Below, one piece after another: positions 18,964-27,648 of a stretch of DNA of 64,000 bases. The notes under the pieces were generated by a model. The model had not been told where the DNA came from, did not search any database, and was given only the letters and a program-made list of their open reading frames with translations. Position numbers and translations under genes: made by a program. This DNA is from an uncultured Solirubrobacterales bacterium (GTDB taxonomy: Bacteria; Actinomycetota; Thermoleophilia; Solirubrobacterales; Thermoleophilaceae). How positions within the stretch are numbered: the stretch's first letter is position 1; each line of letters opens with the position of its first letter. The stretch spans positions 2,008,839 to 2,072,838 of the forward strand of contig OY970240.1 of assembly GCA_963715445.1 (NCBI GenBank), in the 5' to 3' direction.

Positions 18964-19203
18964 CTAGCCCTGAGCCTCGCGCCGCCCCGGCGGTCTCTGC
19001 GCACCCGTGGTCCAGGCAGACCGGATGAACTCGAGCCCGAAACCGGCGGTCAGCGCGTACGCCACGGCCATCGGAAGGCCCTCGAGGCCTCTGCCGGCCT
19101 GATCGAAGGTGAATGCCATCAGGACGATCGTCGTTGTCGCCATGAACGCCAGCTGACTGCACCAGCTGATCCTCTTGATTGTCTGTTCTTTCATTACGGC
19201 CAT
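18964..19203 (-). CDS. Small two-TM membrane protein (hypothetical)
   Basis: MAVMKEQTIKRISWCSQLAFMATTTIVLMAF...LPMAVAYALTAGFGLEFI at the 3' end of the Arg-rich shadow ORF 18964..20475. Locally lower GC. Confidence 0.35.
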   Translation of the reverse strand: MAVMKEQTIKRISWCSQLAFMATTTIVLMAFTFDQAGRGLEGLPMAVAYALTAGFGLEFIRSAWTTGAQRPPGRREAQG

Positions 19204-19332
19204 GGTCGTCCGCGCGCGGGTGATCGCCGTGATCGCTTCGTAACCGAGGTGTGAAAGACGCGTGAACGTCCTGGGCCCGCTCACGCCAGCCGCCTTGCAG
19301 CGGGTCTGTGCCGATGAGGACGCTGCGCCCCG

Positions 19333-20088
19333 ATGTCGAACACCGTTCAGATGGGCACTCGCGAGGCTCGCATTCAGCGCTTCTTCGACGCTGCCACAAC
19401 GGGAGCCGCGCTGGCGACCCTGCCGGTGATCGTCGGGCTCGCCCTCGACCTCCCCAGCGGCCTGGACGACGCGCTGTGGACGGTCAACTGGCTGCTTTGG
19501 GGCGTCTTCGCCGCCGAGCTGGTGGTGATGCTCACGGTCTCGCGAGATCGGAAGGGCTGGCTGCGCGAGCATTCCGCCACGCCGGCGATCGTCGCGATCA
19601 CCTCGCCTGCGCTCGTGGGGCTCGAGGCGTTCCGGCTGGTGCGGCTGCTGCGAGGCAAGAGCACCGGAAGGGTGATCCGCTCGCTCACCTCGCAGAGTGG
19701 GCTGCGCAACCTGGCGATGTTCACGCTGCTGCTGGTAGGCCTCTGCGGCTTCGTCTTCGCCCGCATCGAGCCCGACGTCGGTCCCTGGGAGGGTCTCTAC
19801 TGGGCGGTTACGACCGCGACCACGGTCGGCTACGGCGATGTCGTGCCGACCACGGACGAGGGCCGCGCGCTGGCCGTGTTCCTGATGATCGTCGGCGCGG
19901 CGTTCCTGGCGGTGCTGACGGGTGCCGCGGCCGAGCGCTACGTGTCTCAGTGGCGCGATCGCCATGGGGGCGGGGATCTCGGCGAGGGATCGACGCCCGC
20001 TCGTGACGACGCGGTGCTGGCGAAGCTCGACGAGCTCGGCCTGAGGCTCACGGCGCTGGAGCAGGCCGTGCGGCAGAACCGCGGCTGA
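19333..20088 (+). CDS. Potassium channel (pore TTVGYGD) with partial voltage-sensor-like region and C-terminal coiled coil
   Basis: LYWAVTTATTVGYGDVVP selectivity filter. S4-like FRLVRLLRGK. C-terminal LAKLDELGLRLTALEQAV. Confidence 0.85.
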   Translation: MSNTVQMGTREARIQRFFDAATTGAALATLPVIVGLALDLPSGLDDALWTVNWLLWGVFAAELVVMLTVSRDRKGWLREHSATPAIVAITSPALVGLEAFRLVRLLRGKSTGRVIRSLTSQSGLRNLAMFTLLLVGLCGFVFARIEPDVGPWEGLYWAVTTATTVGYGDVVPTTDEGRALAVFLMIVGAAFLAVLTGAAAERYVSQWRDRHGGGDLGEGSTPARDDAVLAKLDELGLRLTALEQAVRQNRG

Positions 20089-20123
20089 CGATCGGTGGCC
20101 ATTGGCAGGGGTGCGGCCGCCGC

Positions 20124-20516
20124 TCAGCTCTGCGCGGCGAAGCTCGGCTCGCGGATCGACGCATACAGCCCGATCTGCGCGGTCTCGCCGAGCGCGGTGA
20201 AGGCGATCTCGGTCGTCTCGCCGGTCCACTCGACGCAGTGCCGCCGCGCCGCCTCGAGCGATTCGAAGCCGGTGATGTCCACCGCGTTGTCGGACTCGGG
20301 CTCGAGGCCCCGCTCGAGATCCATGGTGAATGCGAGCAGTGAGGGCGTGGAGCCGCCGGCCAGGCTCACGCGCCGATCGTCGCCCTGCCAGAGGAGCACC
20401 GCCGTCTTCACCCGGGCATCGCTCTCGGCCTGATAGACGGCGATCGCCCGCTGCCCGACCTGCTCCCAGCTCCAAGGCTCGCCTGCCCCGCGTGCGCGTC
20501 TAGCTCGTCCCAGCAC
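20124..20516 (-). CDS. Hypothetical protein
   Basis: 130-aa ORF with balanced composition. No motif recognised. Confidence 0.4.
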   Translation of the reverse strand: MLGRARRARGAGEPWSWEQVGQRAIAVYQAESDARVKTAVLLWQGDDRRVSLAGGSTPSLLAFTMDLERGLEPESDNAVDITGFESLEAARRHCVEWTGETTEIAFTALGETAQIGLYASIREPSFAAQS

Positions 20517-20548
20517 TCGGTGCCGACTCTAGTGGCCTGCTCGCAAGG

Positions 20549-21154
20549 TCACCGCAGCCTGCCCACCAGCGGGACGAAGCGGCCAACGCGGCTCGCGTAG
20601 TCGCGGTACGTGTCGCCGTGGACTCTCAAGAGGTAGGGCTCCTCGACCAGGCGGGTCTGGATCTCCAGCGCGGTGAAGAGGAGGATCACGGCCAGCACCG
20701 CGACCACGTTCGGCACCAGCAGGGCGATGCCGAGCGACGTGGGGATCATGCCGGCGAATATGGGATTGCGCACCGCTTGGAACGGCCCATCGGTGACCAG
20801 CTCGGTCTTCTCACTGTGGTCCACACCGATGCGCCACGAGTCGCCCATGGCGAACTGGGCGATGAGGGTGGTCGCCAGGCCGCCGAAGAAGAGGCCGGCG
20901 CCGGCTTGGTGGCCGAAGTTCCCATCGAGCGCGCCGATCGGCTCGAGCACGCCGGCAAGGTCGAGGACGGGCGCCAGCGCGCCCAGCGCCAGCGCGAGGG
21001 CGAACAGCACACCGCCCCACCATTCGGTGGAGCCCAGCTTGCCGCTGATGCCCTTGAAGCCGGTCGAGCCGGTGCGAACGCGCATCACGATGCTGCGCAG
21101 TCCGAACGCCAGCAGTAGGTAGATGCCCAGGAAGAGGAGGGCGGACTCGGCCAT
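20549..21154 (-). CDS. Isoprenylcysteine carboxyl methyltransferase (ICMT/PEMT-like) family membrane methyltransferase
   Basis: LVTDGPFQAVRNPIFAGM...EEPYLLRVHGDTYRDYASRVGRFVP. ATG at 21154 overlaps the ArsR stop (ATGA). Confidence 0.75.
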   Translation of the reverse strand: MAESALLFLGIYLLLAFGLRSIVMRVRTGSTGFKGISGKLGSTEWWGGVLFALALALGALAPVLDLAGVLEPIGALDGNFGHQAGAGLFFGGLATTLIAQFAMGDSWRIGVDHSEKTELVTDGPFQAVRNPIFAGMIPTSLGIALLVPNVVAVLAVILLFTALEIQTRLVEEPYLLRVHGDTYRDYASRVGRFVPLVGRLR

Positions 21155-21516
21155 CAGCGGCGGCTCTCCATGTGCCGCCCTGCGCCCAGGGCTTCGAGGC
21201 CGGCCCGGCCGGAGTCGGTCATTGCGTAGATGACCATCTTGCCCTCGCGGCGGCTGGACACGAGCCCTTCCGCGCGAAGGAGGCGTAGGTGATGGGACAC
21301 GAGGTTCTCCGCCCGTCCGACGATCCACGAGAGGTCGCACACGCAGAGCTCATCGGTCGCCGCCAGCGCCGCGGCTACCGTCAGGCGCGTCGGGTCCCCG
21401 AACGCCTTGCCTCTTCGTGCGATGTTCTCAGTGGCCTCCGCGCTGAGGAGACCCGCGCGCAGGCGCTCGGCCTTCTCAAGGTCGAGGCAGAGCAGGTCGC
21501 ACTGATCGGCAGGCAC
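21154..21516 (-). CDS. ArsR/SmtB family metalloregulator
   Basis: FGDPTRLTVAAALAATDELCVCDLSWIVGRAENLVSHHLRLLRAEGLV (CVC metal site plus wHTH). Confidence 0.85.
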   Translation of the reverse strand: MPADQCDLLCLDLEKAERLRAGLLSAEATENIARRGKAFGDPTRLTVAAALAATDELCVCDLSWIVGRAENLVSHHLRLLRAEGLVSSRREGKMVIYAMTDSGRAGLEALGAGRHMESRR

Positions 21517-21527
21517 GCGATCATCCT

Positions 21528-21545
21528 AACATCCGTTGAGATGTT
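21528..21545. promoter_or_regulatory. Inverted repeat AACATC-N6-GATGTT, candidate ArsR operator
   Basis: Lies 12 nt upstream of the ArsR start codon in the divergent region shared with K+ channel 2. Confidence 0.35.
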
Positions 21546-21636
21546 GGTAGCTGGCTGTGGGCGCCACGAAGTACCTGGCCGCTCCTGTCGCGGGTGATGG
21601 TCGAGGGACTGTGTCACCTGTGTCGAACCTCTCTGC

Positions 21637-22410
21637 GTGGACGATCGCGCCCGCCGCATCGAAGCAAGGTTGGAGCCGTTCATGATCGCGGCGGCGCTGT
21701 TGGTGATCCCGCTCATCTTCATCGAGGAGGGGCACTACGGGGAGCCTTGGGATTCCCTGGGAGTGTTCCTGAACTGGGGTACATGGGCCGTATTTCTCGC
21801 TGAGGTGGTGATCATGCTCTCGGTGGTGCCGAATCGTCGGCACTGGCTCAGGGATCACCCGATCGACGTGGCTGTCGTGGTCCTCACGCCGCCGTTCTTC
21901 CTCGCCTTGGCGCCGGTGCGGTTGCTCAGGCTGCTCAGACTCTTGAGATTGCTGCGCCTCGCGCCGCTTGCGCGTCGCCTGCTCTCGACAAAGGGGCTCC
22001 GCAATGCCTCCGCCCTCGCCGCCCTGACTGCCCTGGTCGGGGGAGCTGCGTTTGCCGCCGTGGAAACAGGTCATTCGACCGCGGATGGCATCTACTGGGC
22101 GCTGACCACGATGACCACCGTCGGCTATGGAGACCTGTCTCCCGAAACGTCGGCAGGGAGGGTCCTCACGGTCATCGTGATGTTCGTCGGCATCGGTTTC
22201 GTCGCGCTCCTCACAGGCGCCATCGCCCAGCGATTCATCGTGGAGGAGATCGAGGAGGAGATAGAGAGCATCGACGCCGACCTAGACGAAGCGAACGCCG
22301 CGATCCTGGGTGAGCTTCGTGATCTCCGCGCTCGGCTGGCGAGTCTCGAAACCGCGGTCCTGAGCCGCCCAACTGGGCGGCAGACGGATCTAGCTTCGCA
22401 ACCGCGTTAG
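21637..22410 (+). CDS. Potassium channel paralog with a clear S4 segment (R every third residue) and C-terminal coiled coil
   Basis: VRLLRLLRLLRLLRL (S4), IYWALTTMTTVGYGDLSP, C-terminal EEIEEEIESIDADLDEANAAILGELRDLRARLASLETAV. Confidence 0.85.
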   Translation: MDDRARRIEARLEPFMIAAALLVIPLIFIEEGHYGEPWDSLGVFLNWGTWAVFLAEVVIMLSVVPNRRHWLRDHPIDVAVVVLTPPFFLALAPVRLLRLLRLLRLLRLAPLARRLLSTKGLRNASALAALTALVGGAAFAAVETGHSTADGIYWALTTMTTVGYGDLSPETSAGRVLTVIVMFVGIGFVALLTGAIAQRFIVEEIEEEIESIDADLDEANAAILGELRDLRARLASLETAVLSRPTGRQTDLASQPR

Positions 22411-23279
22411 GCCGCCGCAGGAAAGGGCGTCCAGCGTGACGAGAGCTGCTGACCGCAGGGCCAGACGACCTGCTCTGCCCGTGCCATGAGCCCAGGCAGG
22501 TCATGACAAGCGGCCCGTGCCAGATCCTCGGCGTGCGCATCGGACCCGATCACCAGTCGCGCGACGGCATCGAGGAGCTCCACCTGCGTCAGCGCGGGAG
22601 CGGTGCGGTTCGTCGCGGGGATCGCCGCCATGGCGACCGGTGCGCCGTCGATGCAGAACGCGCCCAGGCGGGCGACGAACGCGAACAGGTCGTCGATCTC
22701 CAAGTCGGCCTCGTCGACCGTGAAGCGCGCATCCTCCAGATGCCCAAGTCGATAGGCCATCTCCGACCATGCCAGCTGCTCGACCTGCGTGGGCGTGACC
22801 CAGGTCACGGCCGCGCGCACCGTCGTCCCGGGGCTGGCGAAGAGGCTGGCGGGTATATAGCCGAGGAGCGGGACCGACGGAACGGCGCCGATGTCCAGGT
22901 CGTGCAGGTCGCCCGTCAGCACGAGCACCTCTCGATCCTTCTCGTTCGGGAAGTGTCCGAACTTCATCGCGAGGCGGGCGGGCGACGCGTTGGCGCCGAA
23001 GGACAGGATCGGATGCCGGCCCTCGGTGAAGGCGAGGATCGTGGACGCTCGCCTCTCCGGGTCGACATCCCGCAGCAGCGTGACGTCCTCGCCTGAGAGG
23101 ACGAATGAACCCGGCGGGCGCTCCCACGGGTAGCCGAGCGCGTGCTCGAACGCCGCCGGATCGAACTCGCGGCTTGGCCAGGCGTTCGCGAGGCTCCAGA
23201 AGAAGGCGACGAACTGCTCGTCGTCCAGCGCCATGCGCTCGAGCAGCTCTGGCGCAGTGATCGGCGGCCAGTCACGCAT
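22407..23279 (-). CDS. Hypothetical protein
   Basis: ORF 22407..23315 trimmed to the ATG at 23279 (MRDWPPITAPELL...), because the first 12 codons run into the tRNA-derived repeat. Confidence 0.5.
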   Translation of the reverse strand: MRDWPPITAPELLERMALDDEQFVAFFWSLANAWPSREFDPAAFEHALGYPWERPPGSFVLSGEDVTLLRDVDPERRASTILAFTEGRHPILSFGANASPARLAMKFGHFPNEKDREVLVLTGDLHDLDIGAVPSVPLLGYIPASLFASPGTTVRAAVTWVTPTQVEQLAWSEMAYRLGHLEDARFTVDEADLEIDDLFAFVARLGAFCIDGAPVAMAAIPATNRTAPALTQVELLDAVARLVIGSDAHAEDLARAACHDLPGLMARAEQVVWPCGQQLSSRWTPFPAAA

Positions 23280-23304
23280 CGAGGTGACTCTAATCGGTAC
23301 GGCG

Positions 23305-23327
23305 AGTACCGCCACGGGGATTCGAAC
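23305..23327 (-). repeat. 23-bp direct repeat identical to the 3' end of tRNA-Glu (att-like remnant)
   Basis: AGTACCGCCACGGGGATTCGAAC occurs identically at 23305-23327 and 28474-28496. The second copy covers the T-arm/acceptor 3' half of tRNA-Glu plus 2 nt. Confidence 0.75.
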
Positions 23328-23479
23328 TGGCTGCGTGCGTTACGCCGCCTCCGCTCTAGAGCCAATACTCACGCACGCCGCGATGCGGACGGAGGACACG
23401 TGCCACTGGCTTCCTTAGGGTTCCGTGAGGATGCGCGTCGATTGTCCCTTATGTCTGATGGCTGCACGATCATCGGTGA

Positions 23480-24253
23480 ATGTCGACGGCCTTGCACGAA
23501 CGGTACGACGGAGACGAGCAACGGCTTATCGAGTCCGCTGCGGACGAGCTTTGGACGAATGAGCTCATTGACTTGGTCGTCGACAGCGCATCACCGATCT
23601 TGAACGGGGCACAGTGGGACGGCGTCCCAAGCGACGCGCCGCAGAGGTGGGCAGAGCGTTCGACCGCGATCCTGGCCCTCGCAGCAATGGCCCTGCGGAG
23701 TACGCGCGCAGCGGCACTGATGGTTCGTGCTGGCTACGGCCCTGAGGCTTGGCCATACGTGCGGCGATTGCGCGAGGCGGCTGGACATGCACAGCGCGTT
23801 GCCGCTGACGAATCCGGCCAATACGCAGAGAACTGGCTGCATCACCGAGGGAAGGCCACAAGCCCGCGCATCGCGTTCGGCTCTGACTCCGAGGACGACG
23901 TCCTATGGAAGCTCATGTCTGGCCATGCCCACGCCGCGTTCCCCGCATATGCAAACGCCGTGGTGACGCTCGACGGGAGGCGTCTACTTCACCGCGTAGG
24001 TCCTAGTCGGGATCTCGCATGGGACAACATCACGCTCTGGCTGTCGGCGCGAACCTTCACACAGACACTTGCAGGCGTCTTGACGATTCATCCGGAGATC
24101 GATCAGCGCGACTTCCTACGAATGGGCGAGGTCGTCGTGAGAGGCGAAGACCGACTTGAGCAGGAGATCGCGACGGTCATGGCCGAGCGTGATCGTCCGG
24201 CGGAGGACGAGCCTGAGTCTTCCAGCGGTTCGGGCGGGTCTTGCACACCTTGA
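23480..24253 (+). CDS. Hypothetical alpha-helical protein with an R-x4-H motif (possible HEPN-like)
   Basis: 257-aa ORF. VRRLREAAGHAQRV contains REAAGH. No other motif recognised. Confidence 0.5.
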   Translation: MSTALHERYDGDEQRLIESAADELWTNELIDLVVDSASPILNGAQWDGVPSDAPQRWAERSTAILALAAMALRSTRAAALMVRAGYGPEAWPYVRRLREAAGHAQRVAADESGQYAENWLHHRGKATSPRIAFGSDSEDDVLWKLMSGHAHAAFPAYANAVVTLDGRRLLHRVGPSRDLAWDNITLWLSARTFTQTLAGVLTIHPEIDQRDFLRMGEVVVRGEDRLEQEIATVMAERDRPAEDEPESSSGSGGSCTP

Positions 24254-24338
24254 GGCACGGCCGGCCGGAACGTTCGGCCAAAGGCCACCGCGCGGCTGAG
24301 CGGACGACCAACCGGCCGATGGGTGGCGTCGCGGGGGC

Positions 24339-24500
24339 CTAACGCGTCTTACGATCCAAAGCGCGGCAAGCGTTGCAGGCGTCGCCTCTCGGCCTCGTGG
24401 GTTGCACCTTGGTCTTCTCGATGTTCTCTGGATTCGGTCTCAGATGACACGGCATCCAGTGCCAGACGTCGCTGCCTTTGGCTTGTACGTATTGCGGCAT
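24339..24500 (-). CDS. Small (53 aa) putative zinc-binding protein
   Basis: MPQYVQAKGSDVWHWMPCH...DACNACRALD. GAGAGGA RBS 5 nt upstream of the ATG at 24500. Confidence 0.4.
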   Translation of the reverse strand: MPQYVQAKGSDVWHWMPCHLRPNPENIEKTKVQPTRPRGDACNACRALDRKTR

Positions 24501-24536
24501 CCGTTCCTCTCTTGTAGGGGAGACCATCCCTGATCG

Positions 24537-24749
24537 CTAGTCAGTGCTCGGGCTCACGCTCCAAGGAACTCCCGGCCGGGTCTCCCGCTTTAGCTCCGCG
24601 CCGCACCGGCATCGGATGCTCTGGGTCGCATTCCATTGCTCTGACCGCTGCTCGTCGTCGCTTCCGACGTTCGTGATGGTGCGGCGGCCGGCCCCAAACG
24701 TCTGCGTCGTATGCAGGGCACCGCACTTCGGGCACGCACTTTCACTCAT
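24537..24749 (-). CDS. Small (70 aa) zinc-ribbon protein
   Basis: CPKC ... CRC cysteine pairs. GAGGA RBS upstream. Confidence 0.45.
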   Translation of the reverse strand: MSESACPKCGALHTTQTFGAGRRTITNVGSDDEQRSEQWNATQSIRCRCGAELKRETRPGVPWSVSPSTD

Positions 24750-24871
24750 TCCTCAAGGTTATGTGACGTGACAGCCGCCGTGGAACGAGCCGCCGATTAA
24801 ATCGCAGGAAACAGCGGACAATTCGAGCGGAAGATCAAACGCTGCGCGACTCGTCGGGTAGGTTCCTTCCG

Positions 24872-27040
24872 GTGAGTGACCCGGGCACGACAGAGGGGGA
24901 GTCGCCGGAGGACTCCGAGCCCGCGGCGGAGGTACGCGGTCCTAGCCCACTTGATCCTGATGCGCCGGTATCGACAGAGGGCGACCAACTCGGTCGCCGC
25001 CACTTTGCCCGCCGGTTAGCCAGTCAGATTGAGCTAGCACCTCGAACAGGGTTCGTTGCCGCGTTGGTTGGTCCGTGGGGCAGCGGAAAGACGAGCGTCT
25101 TGCGGATGGTGGAGAGCCGGCTCACGGAGTCGCAACCCGAGGACGAGCCTACGAGGGTCGTTGTGCCCTTCAACCCGTGGCTTGTGAGCGGTAGTGAGCA
25201 ACTCGTCTCGCAGTTTGTCGCAGAGCTCGCCGTAGCCTTGCCTCGCGCTCTTGGATGGAGCCGAGGAGCCAAGGCAGGCGACCGCTTGCAGCGATACGCG
25301 GGGGGCTTGCAAACGCTCGAGCGAGCCCCGGGCGTGGGCTGGATGTTCCAAGTCGCGGGAGCCGTGTTGAATGAGGCGGGACGCCGGGTCGACGACTCTC
25401 CAGCGACGGTCTTCGATGAGAGGGAGCAGGCGTGTCAGGCGTTGAAAGAGCTGGATGTCCATGTCGTCGTTCTAGTTGACGACGTTGATCGACTACAGCC
25501 AGGCGAGATCCAAGACCTGATGCGGATGATCAAGCTGGTCGGTGACTTCCCAAACGTCACTTACTTGCTTGCTTTTGATCGCAAGGTCGTGCGATGTGCC
25601 CTATCCGCCGAGGGCACGGACGGTAGCGAGTATCTCGAGAAGATTGTTCAGATCGAGTATCGACTGCCTGAGCCGCCTCCGGAGATGCTCGAGAAGCTGC
25701 TGATCAAAGGACTAAACCGCGCGGTTGGCACCTTGCCCGACCGTCAACTCGCCTCTGATCGCTGGGAGGCCGTCTACACAGAGATCGTGCGCCCGCTCGT
25801 GTCTCGCCCCCGCCATGTACTCCGGTTTACCAACGCTCTGCCGCTCGCGCTCGATCTTGCGGGAGAGGAGATCAACAAGGTAGATGTGATCGCGTTGACT
25901 GCTCTCCAGGCCCTATCGCCAGGGTTTCACGGGCAGATCCTTGCCCTTCGCGAGGACTTAACGAGACGTGCGGGCAACCTGCTGATGCTGAGGAAGGACG
26001 ATGAGGTTCAACAGGCCAGTGCGGCGCGCCTCAACAAAGCCGCCGAGACGTCGGGCATACCCGTCATCGCGCACGCGATCTACAGGCACTTGTTCCCTGC
26101 TTCGATGGCGGCCTTATCGAACACCTACTTGGATGAGCAGGCAAGATGGCAAGCGGAGCGTCGCGTGGCCGACAGTGAGGTCTTTGACACCTACTTCACG
26201 GCGACGCTCCCGACGGGTGCGGTGTCCGTCGTCGAGGTTCGCGAGGCGGTCGATGCGTTCGCTCACGAACCGGACACCCTTGCGGCTGTGTTGAACGCAC
26301 AGCCGGCAGAGAAGATCCCAGATCTCTTGCAGCGGATATGGGGGCATGTAGACGAGATCAGCCTTCGGGACATTGACCAGTCGCTGCCGGTCCTTGACGC
26401 GCAAGTCGCTCGCCTTCCCGACTCTCCCCCTGGTCTGTGGACGCCAGCCGATCGTGGCCGATCTTTCATCCGCGATCTGGTAGCTCGATTCCCAGAGGGT
26501 GAGCAGCGTGACGGGGCGGTTAGGCGGAAGTTCGAGATAAGTAGCTCGCTCACTGAGAAGTTCATGTGGCTGCGGAGCGTGGGGAGCTGGGAGGACCCGG
26601 CTGATCCCTTCTGCAGTCCGGACCTGAAGGACGCTTTGCGTACGGAGTTAGCTAGGGAAGTGCTCAGCTCAACTCCGGAGGCTCTCTTGGCAGAGGTGCG
26701 TCCGGCATGGTTGCTGCGAACCGCCGAGGACGATGGGGGAGACGATGCGTCGGAGCGCATCGCCGCGCTGCTAGAGGACGGGCGGCTGCTCCCTGCGTAT
26801 CTCGGGGGGTTCGTTGCCTTGATGGCAGGCTCGGCAAATTACGAGCTGCAGTTCGACGAGCTGGAGAAGCGGCAAGGACGCGACCGGCTGTTGACGGCTC
26901 TCGAGCGTGTCGACGCGGCGAGCCTTAGCGACGAGGAGCGAGACAGGACGCGTCAGTTAGCAGAACACTATGGGGGCCAAGCCGACGACGAGCGCACGGA
27001 GCAAGGCAACGATCCTGATAAGGACAGCCGGTCGAGCTGA
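24872..27040 (+). CDS. KAP family P-loop NTPase
   Basis: FVAALVGPWGSGKTSVLRMV (Walker A), then a long insert, then VVVLVDDVDRLQPGEIQDLMRMIKLVGDFPNVTYLLAFDR (Walker B region typical of KAP). 722 aa, no obvious TM insert. Confidence 0.8.
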   Translation: MSDPGTTEGESPEDSEPAAEVRGPSPLDPDAPVSTEGDQLGRRHFARRLASQIELAPRTGFVAALVGPWGSGKTSVLRMVESRLTESQPEDEPTRVVVPFNPWLVSGSEQLVSQFVAELAVALPRALGWSRGAKAGDRLQRYAGGLQTLERAPGVGWMFQVAGAVLNEAGRRVDDSPATVFDEREQACQALKELDVHVVVLVDDVDRLQPGEIQDLMRMIKLVGDFPNVTYLLAFDRKVVRCALSAEGTDGSEYLEKIVQIEYRLPEPPPEMLEKLLIKGLNRAVGTLPDRQLASDRWEAVYTEIVRPLVSRPRHVLRFTNALPLALDLAGEEINKVDVIALTALQALSPGFHGQILALREDLTRRAGNLLMLRKDDEVQQASAARLNKAAETSGIPVIAHAIYRHLFPASMAALSNTYLDEQARWQAERRVADSEVFDTYFTATLPTGAVSVVEVREAVDAFAHEPDTLAAVLNAQPAEKIPDLLQRIWGHVDEISLRDIDQSLPVLDAQVARLPDSPPGLWTPADRGRSFIRDLVARFPEGEQRDGAVRRKFEISSSLTEKFMWLRSVGSWEDPADPFCSPDLKDALRTELAREVLSSTPEALLAEVRPAWLLRTAEDDGGDDASERIAALLEDGRLLPAYLGGFVALMAGSANYELQFDELEKRQGRDRLLTALERVDAASLSDEERDRTRQLAEHYGGQADDERTEQGNDPDKDSRSS

Positions 27041-27648
27041 ACCCTTCCCAGCGGGGGCGGGACGAGTTCCTCCTCGCAAGGAGCGGATCGCAATTTTTCG
27101 GATGTGGGATCGTGGCCTGCTTCAACCAAGCGGCCCCGGCGAAGCGTGAACGTCCCGGGGCCCGGTACAGGAGGTATCAGCTCCGGTCCAGCGCAGCGGC
27201 AGCGCGCACGCGGTTCAGCGCGAGCGGAGGGATCTCCGTTCTAGGGCGACCGCTCACGTCGCCGCCCTCCTACGAGGCCGGGCTCAGGTTCGGATGGTTC
27301 GCCTGATGCTGAGCGTGATGAGGCGCGCGACGACTGCGCCGACGCGAGGCAGGCCTGCCAGCGCCGCGTCGGCGGGTGCCGGGGGAGGCAAGCCGCGTGC
27401 GAACGCTCACCTCGCACGCGCGGCGTAGACGAGTCGCTGCGCTGAGCTGACGATGGCACCGATCGATGAGGGCCAACTGCCGCCGGAAACGACGACGGTA
27501 GAACTCCTCCTGATCTTCCGCCAGACGTAGAAACGTCGAAAGCCGTCCCGGCACGAGGATGCCGAGACGGCTCTAAGCCGCTGAGGACGACGTGTCGGAG
27601 GATCGCAAGCCCGACGGACGCGTCGTCCCTTGGTGCTCATACGCATTC

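Noticed and set aside
21916-21963. Nucleotide periodicity (CTGCTCAGG/CTGCTCAGA/CTCTTGAGA/TTGCTGCGC) resembling a microsatellite
   Set aside because: It encodes the LLR-repeat S4 helix of the K+ channel. The periodicity is protein-driven and the codons differ.
23296-23380. Possible second tRNA gene at the left islet boundary, because it ends in GGTTCGAATCCCCGTGGCGGTA
   Set aside because: Only the 3' 23 nt match tRNA-Glu. The upstream sequence cannot form an acceptor stem or T stem (GCCAG against CCCCG) and has no D or anticodon arm geometry. It was interpreted as an att remnant.
27270-27554. 94-aa minus ORF (MPGRLSTFLRLAEDQEEFYRRRF...) in the islet gap
   Set aside because: The first roughly 45 residues look protein-like, but the remainder is Arg/Pro/Ser shadow-type sequence. 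There is no RBS and no motif, so support is insufficient to call a CDS.
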